DNA of 64,000 nucleotides from an uncultured Actinomycetes bacterium. GTDB lineage: Bacteria > Actinomycetota > Acidimicrobiia > IMCC26256 > DASPTH01. The position numbers were made by a program, and so were the translations under genes. The notes beneath the pieces were generated by a model. It saw only the letters and a list, made by a program, of their open reading frames with translations, did not search any database and had not been told where the DNA came from. Positions 1 to 9,279 of the stretch are shown one piece after another (position 1 is the first letter of the stretch; every line of letters starts with the position of its first letter). The stretch covers positions 470,467 through 534,466 of the forward strand of contig CAVRGS010000013.1 in assembly GCA_963720765.1 (NCBI GenBank), written 5' to 3'.

Positions 1-1
1 G

Positions 2-1195
2 ATGCGGTTCCGCCGCTTCGAGTTCGACCCCGTCGCGCGCCGACTGGCCAAGGCCGCCAACGTGCACGATCTCCGGGTCATGGCCCGTCGGCGTCTGCCG
101 AGGGGTGTGTTCGACTACATCGACGGCGGCGCCGAGGACGAGCACACGATGGGCGAGAACACCGCCGCGTTCCGCCGCATCGGGTTCCACCCGCGGATCC
201 TCCAGGGCGTCGGCAAGCCCGACCCGTCGACCACGCTGCTCGGTCAGCCGCTGTCGATCCCGCTGGTGTTGGCTCCCACCGGCTTCACCCGCATCGCCGA
301 TCCCGACGGTGAGCTGGCCGTGGCGCGGGCGGCGGCCCGCGCCGGGGTGCCCTACACCCTGAGCACGCTCGGCACCCGTTCCATCGAAGAGGTCGCCGAC
401 GTCAGCGACGGCCGCAAGTGGTTCCAGCTCTACATGTTCCGCGACCGTGGCTTGTGCGAGGAGATGGTGAAGCGCGCCGCGGCCGCCGGGTTCGAAGCGC
501 TGGTGTTCACCGTCGACCTCACGGTGCACGGTCGGCGCGAGCGCGATGTGCGCCGCGGCTTCGAGCTCCCGCCGAAGGTCGGCGTGGACACGCTGCTCGA
601 CGGCGCGATCCACCCGAGCTGGACGTGGCACTTCGTGCGCGGTGAGCCCATCCGCTTCGCCAACGTCGCCGGTGAGCACGTCGGCGATGGCTCCACCGCG
701 GTCACGCTGGCCGAGTACATCGCGCAGCAGATGGACCCCGGCCTCACGTGGAGGGACGTCGAGTGGCTGCGCTCGATCTGGGACGGTCCGATCGTGATGA
801 AGGGCATCCAGACCGTCGCCGACGCCAGGATCGCAGCCGATGAAGGCGTCGAAGCGATCGCGTTGTCGAACCACGGCGGTCGCCAGCTCGATTCCGCGCC
901 CGCCATCGCGGATCTGGTTGCGCCGGTCGCCGACGCGGTCGGTGATCGCATCGAGATCATCTGCGACGGGGGCGTCCGCCGCGGGAGCGACATCGTGAAA
1001 GCCGTCGCGCTCGGTGCCCGAGCGTGCATGGCCGGCCGCGCGTACCTCTACGGCCTCGGTGCAGCGGGTGAGCGTGGTGTCGACCACGTGCTCAACCTCT
1101 TCGACGCCGACATCCGCCGCACCATGGCGCTCATCGGGGCCCATGACGTCGCCGCCCTCACCCGCGACTACGTCTCGATCCCCACCCCCCGCTGA
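2..1195 (+). CDS. FMN-dependent alpha-hydroxy-acid dehydrogenase (LldD / glycolate oxidase family)
   Basis: 397-aa ORF beginning at the window edge. Motifs VFDYIDGGAEDE, LSNHGGRQLD and DGGVRRGSDIVKA are typical of this FMN enzyme family. Confidence 0.9.
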   Translation: MRFRRFEFDPVARRLAKAANVHDLRVMARRRLPRGVFDYIDGGAEDEHTMGENTAAFRRIGFHPRILQGVGKPDPSTTLLGQPLSIPLVLAPTGFTRIADPDGELAVARAAARAGVPYTLSTLGTRSIEEVADVSDGRKWFQLYMFRDRGLCEEMVKRAAAAGFEALVFTVDLTVHGRRERDVRRGFELPPKVGVDTLLDGAIHPSWTWHFVRGEPIRFANVAGEHVGDGSTAVTLAEYIAQQMDPGLTWRDVEWLRSIWDGPIVMKGIQTVADARIAADEGVEAIALSNHGGRQLDSAPAIADLVAPVADAVGDRIEIICDGGVRRGSDIVKAVALGARACMAGRAYLYGLGAAGERGVDHVLNLFDADIRRTMALIGAHDVAALTRDYVSIPTPR

Positions 1196-1270
1196 CCCTG
1201 TTCTGAACATCTCAAAGTTGACGTACGCATGTTGACGGTCAACCTCGAGATGCTCGCGGGAGAGCGGACG

Positions 1271-2101
1271 TCAGCGGCCGGGGAGGGTGCCACCGTCGAC
1301 GGTGTAGAGCTGGCCGGTGATCCAGGAGCCCTGGTCGGAGCAGAGGTAGACGGCCATCCACGCGATGTCCTCGCCCGAACCGGCCCGGCCGAGCGGGATC
1401 TGGCGCTCGACCATGGCGTCCCAACGTTCACCGCGCGGGATGTCGTCGAGGCGGAAGGTGTCGACGATGCCGGGGCAGATCGCATTCACGCGGATGCCGT
1501 CGCCACCGAGCTCTGACGCCATCGCGCACGTGAGCGCGTGGATGCCGGCCTTCGACGCCGCGTACGCCGCAGTGCGCGCGGCCATGAGCTTCCCGCCGAT
1601 CGACGAGATGTTCACGATGCTCCCGCCGTTCCCCTGCGCGACGAGGTGCTGTCCGAACGTGCGGCTCATGTAGAAGGTTCCGTTGAGGTTCACGTCGATG
1701 ACGGTGCGCCACTGGTCGACGGGCAGATCGACCACCGGAACCCGGTCGGCACCGCGCGCCGCGCCGGCGTTGTTGACGATGATGTCGACCCGTCCGAGCT
1801 CGTCGAGCACTGTCGCCGCAAGCGACTCGACTGCCTCGGGGTCGGACACGTCGCTGACCACCGGCAGCGCGCGCCGACCGAGCGCGCGCACCTCGTCGGC
1901 GACGGAGTCGATGTCGTGCCAGGCGACGGCGCGCTCGTCGTCCGGGTAGCGCTCGGGTGGACGTCCGGTGCCGGTGAGCACCACGTCACACCCGGCTCGC
2001 GCCAATTCGACCGCGATCGGTCGGCCGATCGATCGCATGCGTCCGGCGCCGGTGACGACCGCCACCTTGCCCTCGAGTCCGGAGAGAGTCAGTCCACTCA
2101 T
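1271..2101 (-). CDS. SDR family oxidoreductase (FabG-like)
   Basis: Contains VAVVTGAG...IG nucleotide-binding motif and YAASKAGIHAL (YxxxK) catalytic motif. Start taken at ATG 2101 (MSGLTLSGLEGK) rather than the longer ORF start at 2122. Confidence 0.85.
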   Translation of the reverse strand: MSGLTLSGLEGKVAVVTGAGRMRSIGRPIAVELARAGCDVVLTGTGRPPERYPDDERAVAWHDIDSVADEVRALGRRALPVVSDVSDPEAVESLAATVLDELGRVDIIVNNAGAARGADRVPVVDLPVDQWRTVIDVNLNGTFYMSRTFGQHLVAQGNGGSIVNISSIGGKLMAARTAAYAASKAGIHALTCAMASELGGDGIRVNAICPGIVDTFRLDDIPRGERWDAMVERQIPLGRAGSGEDIAWMAVYLCSDQGSWITGQLYTVDGGTLPGR

Positions 2102-2203
2102 GGTCGGGAGTCTGACCCACATCGCGGTCCATCGCGCCGGCGACGCGCCGAGCTAGCTTCCGTCTGCCGGTCGTGGGGAACCGGTGGCGAGTGGGGGCGC
2201 AGG

Positions 2204-3646
2204 ATGACCGACGTGGCGGAAACGCCCGACGAAGCGGCGACATCGTCGCGCATGACGAAGTGGCTGTTGCTCGTCGGCGCCATCATCATGCTGGCCGGAC
2301 TGCTGTTCGGGTACGACCAGGGCGTCATCAGCGGTGCGCTCAACGGCATCGACAAGAGCTTCGACGTCAGCACGCTGGCGACGGAGATCATCACGAGCTG
2401 GGTGACGCTGGGGGCGATGGTCGGCGCGTTGGTCGCCGGTGGGCTCGCCGACCGGCTCGGCCGTCGCCGGGCGGTGCTCGCGGCCGCGGTGCTGTTCGTG
2501 ATCGGCGCGGTGATCGAATCCGCTGCGCCCGGTGTGCCGATCCTCGTGATCGGTCGCCTCGTCGTGGGCTTCGGGGTCGGCGTGGCGTCGGTCGCGGCGC
2601 CCCTGTACGCGGCAGAGATGGCGCCCGCGCACCTGCGCGGTCGCTTCGTGTCGACCTACCAGCTCGCGATCACCATCGGCATCTTCATCGCGTACCTGGT
2701 CGATGAGCTCCTCTCGTCGGGTGACGTGTGGCGCCTGATGCTCGGCCTGTCGGCGGTGCCCGCGGTGCTGCTGCTCCTCGCGATGTGGCCGTCGAAGGAC
2801 TCGCCCGTCTGGTTGGCGAAGCAGGGCCGTCGCGGCGAAGCCGAAGCGTCGTTGCGACGCGTGCGGGGTGACGACGCCGACGTGACCGACGAGCTCGCGG
2901 CCATTGACGAGAGCCTCAACGAGGAGCGGGCGTCGTGGGGGGAGGTGTTCGCACGCCGGTGGCGCGCGCCGCTCGTGATCGGTGTCGGCCTCGCGGTGCT
3001 GCAGCAACTCACCGGGATCAACGCGGTGATCTACTACGCCGACAAGATCTTCGCCGCCGCCGGCTTCTCGAGCGCCGGCGCGCAGACCGCCGCGACCACC
3101 TGGTCGATCGGTGCGGTCAACGTGCTGTTCACCTTCGTTGCGGTGGCGTGGGTCGACAAGCTCGGGCGACGGCCGCTGCTGTTCGCGGGCCTCATCGGCA
3201 TGGGCATCTCGCTCACGACGATCGCGATCTGCTTTGCGAACCTCAACCACGTCACCATCCACTCGTCGGCGGCCGAGAACACGCCGACCGACACCGGTGT
3301 GATCATGCTGCTGGCGATGATGGTGTTCATCGGGAGCTTCGCGTTCTCGCTCGGGCCCGTGGTGTGGACCGTGATCAACGAGATCTATCCGAGCAGCGTG
3401 CGCGGCCGGGGCGTCGCCGTCGCGACCGCGGTGAACTGGTTCTCGGCGTGGGTCGTGACGCAATTCTTCCTCAGCTTGACCAACCTGCTGGGCGAGTCGG
3501 GGACGTTCGGGCTGTTCGCGTTCATGTGCGTCGTCGGCTTCTTCTTCGTGAAGAGATTCGTGCCCGAGACCAAGGGTCTCACGCTCGACGACATCCAGGA
3601 GATGTTCGACGACGACGCGTCGGCGAGCTCAGCCGGCGGCGCGTAG
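2204..3646 (+). CDS. MFS transporter, sugar porter family
   Basis: Real start is ATG 2204 (MTDVAETPDE...), in frame with the 702-aa track ORF, whose N-terminal 222 aa are Arg/His-rich shadow sequence. Sugar-porter signatures GYDQGVISGAL, GRRRAVL and VPETKGLTLDD, with multiple TM segments. Confidence 0.9.
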   Translation: MTDVAETPDEAATSSRMTKWLLLVGAIIMLAGLLFGYDQGVISGALNGIDKSFDVSTLATEIITSWVTLGAMVGALVAGGLADRLGRRRAVLAAAVLFVIGAVIESAAPGVPILVIGRLVVGFGVGVASVAAPLYAAEMAPAHLRGRFVSTYQLAITIGIFIAYLVDELLSSGDVWRLMLGLSAVPAVLLLLAMWPSKDSPVWLAKQGRRGEAEASLRRVRGDDADVTDELAAIDESLNEERASWGEVFARRWRAPLVIGVGLAVLQQLTGINAVIYYADKIFAAAGFSSAGAQTAATTWSIGAVNVLFTFVAVAWVDKLGRRPLLFAGLIGMGISLTTIAICFANLNHVTIHSSAAENTPTDTGVIMLLAMMVFIGSFAFSLGPVVWTVINEIYPSSVRGRGVAVATAVNWFSAWVVTQFFLSLTNLLGESGTFGLFAFMCVVGFFFVKRFVPETKGLTLDDIQEMFDDDASASSAGGA

Positions 3647-4091
3647 CCATTCGGCGAGCGCGTCGATGCCCTGCTGCTGGGCCGTGCCGCCGCCCGTCGA
3701 GCCGAACATCCCGCCACCGCCTCGCATCATCGTCAGCTTGCGCCGTTCCCCGCTGGTGGTTTCGAGCTTCACCGTCGAGCGCGGCGGCGTCCAGGATCGC
3801 CTCGCTCGCGGTCCACCAGCCGCCGCCGGCACCGTCGGCGCTGGCCCTGGCGAGCTCGGCCGGTCGGATGGCGAGCGGATCGTCCTTGGGCCGGAACTTC
3901 CGGTCGACGGACTGCAGGAGCAGGCGCTGGTCGGTGACCCCGACGACCGTGGTGTGACCGCTGAACGCGCGCTGCTCGGTGGCCAGGCACCAACCGCGTA
4001 GCTCCTCGCCGTCGCCGAGCAGGGGCCGCAGGAGGGGGAGCACGACCTCGGCGGGGTCTTTGGGCACGGCGCGAGCGTGGCACGCGAACAT
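3629..4091 (-). pseudogene. Hypothetical protein, possibly PH/GRAM-like fold, with one frame break
   Basis: The N-terminal part (MFACHARAVP...GVTDQRLLLQSVDRKFRPKDDPLAIRP...WWTASEAILDAAALD) is in the 3579..4151 frame. A plausible C-terminus (VKLETTSGERRKLTMMRGGGGMFGSTGGGTAQQQGIDALAEWLRAAG) is in the 3629..3832 frame. The join lies near 3775-3785. Confidence 0.45.
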
Positions 4092-4128
4092 GGGCGGTGT
4101 CACGGACCACGACCCGGAGGTGTCAGCG

Positions 4129-4491
4129 ATGATCGAGGTGCTGGACGGCATGCCCGATGGGGTGGTGGGCGTCGAGGCAATCGGTGAGGTGACCGCTGAC
4201 GACTACGAGCAGGTGCTGATCCCCGCGTTCGACGCCGGGCGCGCCGCGCACGATCCCGTCAGCGTGGTGTTCCTCGTCGGCGACCGGTTCACCGGGTTCT
4301 CGTCGGGTGCACTGTGGGACGACACGAAGTACGGCTTCTCGCACCTCAGGGGGTGGGGGAGGATCGCGCTCGTCACCGACGTCGACTGGATGCGCCACCT
4401 CACGCACGCGTTCGCGTGGTTGGCGCCGAAGGGCATGAAGGCCTTCCCGACCACCGAACTCGACGCGGCGAAGGCCTGGGCAGCTGGGTGA
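4129..4491 (+). CDS. STAS/SpoIIAA-like domain protein
   Basis: ATG 4129 (MIEVLDGMPDGVVGVEAIGEVTADDYE...) is in frame with track ORF 3979..4491. Sequence pattern resembles the SpoIIAA-like stand-alone family. Divergent from the 3629..4091 gene. Confidence 0.7.
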   Translation: MIEVLDGMPDGVVGVEAIGEVTADDYEQVLIPAFDAGRAAHDPVSVVFLVGDRFTGFSSGALWDDTKYGFSHLRGWGRIALVTDVDWMRHLTHAFAWLAPKGMKAFPTTELDAAKAWAAG

Positions 4492-4850
4492 GCGACATCG
4501 AGATGATCAACGCGGTCACGTTGGCGACCGCGGACATGGACACGTCGTGCTCGTTCTACGGCGCGTTGGGTTTCACGCGCGTCGTGGGCGGACCCGGTAC
4601 TGCGTTCACCACGTATCGCGTCGGCGACGGCTTCCTGAACGTGCAGCTCGACCCCGCGCACGCGCCCGTGCCCGCGATCTGGGGCCGGGTCATCTTCTGG
4701 GTCGGCGACGTCGATGTGATGTACGAGCGCGCGCGCCGACACGGATATGCACCCGAGGAGTCGCCGACCGACGCGCCCTGGGGCGAGCGCTACTTCCACC
4801 TGCGCGACCCCGATGGTCACGAGCTCAGCTTCGCCAAGCTCCTCGCCTGA
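4488..4850 (+). CDS. VOC family protein (glyoxalase / bleomycin-resistance fold)
   Basis: GTG 4488 overlaps the upstream stop (GTGA). Sequence INAVTLATADMDTSCSFYGALGF...PWGERYFHLRDPDGHELSF is typical of VOC proteins. ATG 4503 is an alternative start. Confidence 0.82.
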   Translation: MSDIEMINAVTLATADMDTSCSFYGALGFTRVVGGPGTAFTTYRVGDGFLNVQLDPAHAPVPAIWGRVIFWVGDVDVMYERARRHGYAPEESPTDAPWGERYFHLRDPDGHELSFAKLLA

Positions 4851-4856
4851 CCTGCA

Positions 4857-5903
4857 CTAGTACCCCTGGGTCAGCTCGAGCGCGAGGTCGGCGAGCTGTT
4901 GCACGGTGCCGGTGACGCGTTCGGCTCGTTCGGGATCGGTGTGCTCGACGCGACGCGCACCGCCCTGGGCGATCACCGCCAGCTTGTACGTGGCAAATGC
5001 ACGGTAGAAGTCGATGCTCGAGAGGTCGGTGCCGCTCGTCTCTTCGTAGCGGGCCAGCAACGTGTCGACGTCCGGAAAGCCGGCGTTGGCGCGGTGGGCC
5101 TGTGGCTTGCGGTTGCGCCACATGATCTCGCCCACATCGGTCCAGTACACCGCGACCATGCCGACATCGGTCAGGGGGTCGCCGAGGGTCGACATCTCCC
5201 AGTCGAGGACCGCCTGCATGCGAGCGGGATCGTCGCGCCGGAACATCGTGTTGTTGAAGCTGTAGTCGCCGTGCACGATGGCGTGGCGACCGTCGGTGGG
5301 GAGGTGACGTTCGAGTCGCTGCGCGACCTCGTCGACGACGGGCATCTCGATCGTCTTCGACTTCTCCCACTGCGTCTGCCAGCGCTTCACCTGCCGTTCG
5401 AGGTAGCCCGCCGGCCGACCGAAGTCGCCGAGACCGACACCTTCGTAGTCGACCGAGTGCAGGCGTGCGAGCACGTCCATGAGCTCGTAGGAGGCGGCCA
5501 GTCCCTGCTCCTCGGTGAGTGACGCGGTGGCGTCGATGTCGTCGTACACCACGCCGTCGAGCCTCGCCATCATGTAGAACGGCGCGCCGATCACCGCCTC
5601 GTCTTCGCAGATCGCAACTTGGGTGGCCACGGGGACCTCGGTCCACTCGAGCGCCTTCTGCATCCGGTGCTCGCGGCTCATGTCGTGCGCAGTGGCGAGC
5701 ACATGGCGGAGCGGCGGACGCCGCAGCACCCAGTCGTGCTCGCCGTCCTGCACGCGGAACGTGAGGTTCGACGAGCCCCCCGCGATCTGGGTGACCTCGA
5801 CGGCGCCGCTCGCGCCGGCGACGTGTTCGGCGACCCAGGGGCCCAGCTTCTCGGGCGGGACCGCCTCGGCGACGTCGACGGGGTTGGTCTGCTCCGCGGC
5901 CAT
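4857..5903 (-). CDS. Phosphotransferase family protein (APH/choline-kinase fold) partnered with an acyl-CoA dehydrogenase
   Basis: 348-aa intact ORF with IVHGDYSFNN catalytic loop and VLDWEMSTLGDP (DWE) motif. Its start codon directly abuts the stop of the upstream acyl-CoA dehydrogenase. Confidence 0.88.
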   Translation of the reverse strand: MAAEQTNPVDVAEAVPPEKLGPWVAEHVAGASGAVEVTQIAGGSSNLTFRVQDGEHDWVLRRPPLRHVLATAHDMSREHRMQKALEWTEVPVATQVAICEDEAVIGAPFYMMARLDGVVYDDIDATASLTEEQGLAASYELMDVLARLHSVDYEGVGLGDFGRPAGYLERQVKRWQTQWEKSKTIEMPVVDEVAQRLERHLPTDGRHAIVHGDYSFNNTMFRRDDPARMQAVLDWEMSTLGDPLTDVGMVAVYWTDVGEIMWRNRKPQAHRANAGFPDVDTLLARYEETSGTDLSSIDFYRAFATYKLAVIAQGGARRVEHTDPERAERVTGTVQQLADLALELTQGY

Positions 5904-7205
5904 CTAGAAGTTCGCCGCCTCGTGGTCGAGGAACTCGGCGAACCGTTCTCGGAGGTCGGCCTTGCGGGTGGGGATGTGCGCACTCGGCCACCCCTGCTCG
6001 ACCGGCTTGTACGCCTTGGCCCGCTTGTTCGCGACGAACGACTTGTGCACCTCGTCGGCGCCGTCGGCGATGCGGAACTGGCGAGCCATCACGTACGAGC
6101 TGGCCAGAGGGAGATCCATCGACCAGCCCAGGGCGCCGTGCACCTGGATGGCGCGATCGATGACGTCGTGGAGCACGCGCGCGCCCCAGAACTTCAGCTC
6201 CGCGATCTCGACCCGGGCCTTCGAGGCGCCGAGGTTGTCCCACATCCACGCGCTGTGGAGCGCCATCAGGCGCAGCGCGCGGATGTCGGCCGACGACTCG
6301 GCGATCATCTCCTGGATCATCTGCTTCTCGATGAGCAGCTCGCCCTTGGTGCCGCGGCTGACGGCGCGCTCGCACATCATGTCGAACGCGGCCTCGCACT
6401 GACCGACCCAGCGCATGGCGTGGTGGATCCGACCGCCGTTGAGGCGTTGCTGCGCGAGCACGAAGCCGTCGCCCTCGGCGCCGACACGGTTGGCGACCGG
6501 CACACGGCAGTCGCGCAGGAAGATCTCCGCGTGGCCCCCCGACCGGAAGTGTCCGGGGTAGGGGTGGCCCATGTTGAAGACGTCGCGCGCGATGTCGAGC
6601 CCCGGCGTGCCCTTCGGGATGATGAAGAACGATGCCGCCTTGTGCGGGGGGTTCTCCGGGTTCGTGACCGCCATCATGAGGATGAAGTCGGCCTTCGAGG
6701 CGTTCGACGCGAACCACTTGTGCCCGTTGAGCACGTACTCGTCGCCGTCGCGCTCTGCGCGCGTCGCGATCATCGTGGGGTCGCTGCCGGAGAAGTGCGG
6801 CTCGGTGAGCGAGAACGACGACGTGATCTCGCCGCGCAACAGCGGCTCGAGCCACTGCTCCTTCTGCTCGGGCGTACCGCCGATGGCGATCAGCTCGCTG
6901 TTGCCCGAGTCGGGTGCCTGGTTGCCGAAGATGTTGGGCGCCACGCGGCAGCGACCGAGGATCTCGTGCATCAGCGCGAGCTTCACCTGGCCGTAGCCCT
7001 GGCCTCCGAGCTCCGGATCGAGGTGACACGCCCACAGGTTGCGGTCCTTCACCCGCTGCTTGAGCGGTGCCGTCGCACGCGCCCATGCGTCGTCGGTCAT
7101 GTCGTCGTAGAAGAGCGAGAGCGGTTCGATCTCCTGGTCGACGAAGGTGCGCATCCAGTCGAGTTGCGCCGCGAAGTCGGGGTCGGTCGAGAAATCCCAC
7201 GCCAT
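5904..7205 (-). CDS. Acyl-CoA dehydrogenase
   Basis: Start at ATG 7205 (MAWDFSTDPDFAAQLDWMRTFVDQEIEP...). ACAD-like N-, middle and C-terminal regions are present, ending ...RIADGADEVHKSF.... Intact 433 aa. Confidence 0.9.
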   Translation of the reverse strand: MAWDFSTDPDFAAQLDWMRTFVDQEIEPLSLFYDDMTDDAWARATAPLKQRVKDRNLWACHLDPELGGQGYGQVKLALMHEILGRCRVAPNIFGNQAPDSGNSELIAIGGTPEQKEQWLEPLLRGEITSSFSLTEPHFSGSDPTMIATRAERDGDEYVLNGHKWFASNASKADFILMMAVTNPENPPHKAASFFIIPKGTPGLDIARDVFNMGHPYPGHFRSGGHAEIFLRDCRVPVANRVGAEGDGFVLAQQRLNGGRIHHAMRWVGQCEAAFDMMCERAVSRGTKGELLIEKQMIQEMIAESSADIRALRLMALHSAWMWDNLGASKARVEIAELKFWGARVLHDVIDRAIQVHGALGWSMDLPLASSYVMARQFRIADGADEVHKSFVANKRAKAYKPVEQGWPSAHIPTRKADLRERFAEFLDHEAANF

Positions 7206-7227
7206 GCGCGGAGTATAAGGTCGCCCC

Positions 7228-8007
7228 GTGGGGCAGCTCCCGGGCCGCGTGGCGGTCGTCACCGGCGGTGGTCGTGGCATCGGCCGCGCGATCGCGCTGC
7301 GCTACGCGCGCGGAGGGCGCGACGGTCGTGATCTCCTCCCGCACCCAGTCGGATCTCGACGCGGTGGTGACCCAGATCGCCGACGAGAGCGGCGCACCGG
7401 CGCTCGCGGTCGTCGCCGACGCCACCGATCGCACCGACGCGCGACGCCCGGTGCTCGACGCGATCGAGCGCTTCGGTCGCGTCGACGTGCTGGTCAACAA
7501 CGTGGGTGGTTCGGTGGGCCGCAATCACGACCCGTTCACGGGCGACGACGCGAGCTTCGAGCGCACGCTCACGCTGAACCTCACGTCGGCGTGGTGGACG
7601 ACCCGTGAGGCGCTGCCCGGCATGCGCGAGCGCGGGTTCGGCCGCGTGATCAGCATCGGCTCGGGCGCGTCGAAGCGCGCTGCCGCGTCGTTGTCGTACA
7701 CGACCGCGAAGCACGGGCTGGTCGGGTTCACCAAGCAGCTCGCGCAGACGGTCGGGTCGCACCGGCATCACGGTGAATCTGCTGTGCCCGGGATGGACGA
7801 ACACGTCGTTGCTCGACTTCGAAGCGGTCGCGCGCCACGCGGGCACGACCGTGGAGGAGGCGATCGAGTCGGCGTCGTCCGAGAGCGCGCAGCACCGCGT
7901 GCTCGAACCCGAGGAGCTGACCGGCATGGCCACGCTGCTCGCGTCCGACGAGGGCGCCGGCATCACCGGCCAGGTCATCTCGCGTCGACGGCGGCTACCG
8001 CCTCTAG
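7228..8007 (+). pseudogene. SDR family oxidoreductase with three frame breaks
   Basis: VAVVTGGGRGIGRAIA is in frame 7228. EGATVVISSRT...YTTAKHGLVGFTKQLA is in frame 7067. GITVNLLCPGWTNTS...GITGQVIS is in frame 7773. The canonical ending VDGGYRL-stop is in a fourth reading, with TAG at 8005-8007. Breaks near 7311, 7760 and 7981, each a +1 step. Confidence 0.8.
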
Positions 8008-8017
8008 GCGAGCGGCG

Positions 8018-8277
8018 TCACTTCTTCTTGTTCTTCTTCGACGTCTTCTTCAGCATCTTCTCGGCCTTGCGCTGAATGCGGTCGTGCTCCTTCTTGGTGA
8101 GGTTGCCGCGCTTCGTACTCGCCGCGCCGCTCGGCGGATGGCGCTGATCGCGTGACCCCGGTCGGGGATCGGGTAGTTGCCGGTCCCCTTGCGAGCCTCC
8201 GCGGTACGGGCCTTCTCCGGAAGACCGAAGTCCTTCGGTCGGAGCCTGGCGCGTTGTTTCGCCGTCAGCTTGCTCAT
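8018..8277 (-). pseudogene. Small basic hypothetical protein with a Lys-rich tail, one frame break
   Basis: MSKLTAKQRARLRPKDFGLPEKARTAEARKGTGNYPIPDRGHAISAIRRAA (frame 8050..8277) continues sensibly as ASTKRGNLTKKEHDRIQRKAEKMLKKTSKKNKKK (frame 8018..8401). The join is near 8125. Confidence 0.5.
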
Positions 8278-8309
8278 GACCGGGGCAGTACCCGTAAGCT
8301 CCGCGCACC

Positions 8310-8833
8310 ATGCCTGATTCGCACATCACCCCGCAGATGCTCGACCTGGTCGGGCTCGAGCTGCGCAGCGCCACGTCGTTCCCCATCACCGACTCCGACA
8401 TCCGCCGGTGGGCGATCGCGGTGTACTACCCGGAGCCGGCGCCGCGGCTGTTCTGGGACGCCGAGTACGCCGCGGGCACGTCGCACGGCGGCATCGTCGC
8501 GCCGGAGGACTTCAATCCGTTCGCGTGGCTGACCCAGACCGAGGCCGACGCCGGCGTCGCCGCCACGCACCGCCGGCGCGTTCGTGGGTCCCGAGGAGAC
8601 GTTCGGGCTCCCGGCGCCGGCGACGACGGCGATCATCAACGGCGGCACCGAGGTCGACTACGGCGTGCGCATGCGCCCGGGCGACGTCGATCACGTCGAC
8701 CACCACGCTCGGCGAGTACAAGGAACGGGAAGGACGACTGGGGCTCATGCTCTTCACCACCTCGATGGACACCTGGACCAACCAGCGGGGCGAGACGGTC
8801 AAGACGTCCCGCAGCACGCTGATCCGGTACTGA
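8310..8833 (+). pseudogene. Hotdog-fold FAS1-like / MaoC N-terminal-type dehydratase subunit with two frame breaks
   Basis: MPDSHITPQMLDLVGLELRSATSFPITDSDIRRWAIAVYYPEP... is in frame 8310. GPEETFGLPAPATTAIINGGTEVDYGVRMRPGDV is in frame 8584. ITSTTTLGEYKEREGRLGLMLFTTSMDTWTNQRGETVKTSRSTLIRY-stop is in frame 8408. It lies immediately upstream of a MaoC-like gene. Confidence 0.7.
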
Positions 8834-8834
8834 C

Positions 8835-9257
8835 GTGGCCGTCGACCGCGACACCGTCACCGTCGGGACCGAGCTCCCGGTCTTCGTCCGCACCACCGGG
8901 TTCCACAACTGGAACCGCTACGCCGCGGTGAACGACGAGTTCGTCCCCATCCACATGGACGACGACGCCGGCCGCGCGCAGGGCTTCCCCGGCGCGTTCG
9001 GCATGGGCAACCTCATGTGGTCGTACCTGCACAACCTCGTGCGCGACTGGATGGGTGACGACGGCCGCATCGTGTCGATGGGCTGCAGCTTCCGTTCGCC
9101 CAACTTCCGCGGCATGACGGTGGAGGCGCGCGGCACCGTCACCGCGGTGCGCGATGAAGACGGCGAGCGCCTCGTCGACCTCGAGCTCACCGTCGTCGAT
9201 CACGATGCGCCCGACACCGTGCTGGTGCCGGCGACCGCCACGGTCGCTCTCGCCTGA
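8835..9257 (+). CDS. MaoC family dehydratase (hotdog fold)
   Basis: Intact 140-aa ORF starting at GTG 8835, 1 nt after the upstream stop. Hydratase motif region FHNWNRYAAVNDEFVPIHMDDDAGRAQGFPGAFGMGN. Confidence 0.87.
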   Translation: MAVDRDTVTVGTELPVFVRTTGFHNWNRYAAVNDEFVPIHMDDDAGRAQGFPGAFGMGNLMWSYLHNLVRDWMGDDGRIVSMGCSFRSPNFRGMTVEARGTVTAVRDEDGERLVDLELTVVDHDAPDTVLVPATATVALA

Positions 9258-9279
9258 CCGCTACCGGCGGAGTGCGTCG

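Noticed and set aside
1538-2203. N-terminal 222-aa extension of the MFS transporter ORF (track ORF 1538..3646).
   Set aside because: The extension is antisense to the well-supported SDR gene 1271..2101 and has junk composition. A proper ATG at 2204 precedes the first TM segment.
4825-7524. Very long track ORFs such as 4825..7524 (-) 899 aa. Similar cases are 58534..62088 (-) 1184 aa, 38647..41229 (-) 860 aa, 48908..51853 (+) 981 aa, 20371..22101 (-) 576 aa and 42515..43714 (+).
   Set aside because: They are Arg/Pro/Gly/Ala/His-rich with no motifs. Each lies antisense to, or out of frame with, a gene that has clear family signatures. These are the typical shadow ORFs produced by very high GC content.
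8018-8060. A locally AT-rich, T/C-skewed tract (cttcttcttgttcttcttcgacgtcttcttcag).
   Set aside because: It is fully explained as the Lys-rich C-terminal tail (KKTSKKNKKK) of the small minus-strand protein.
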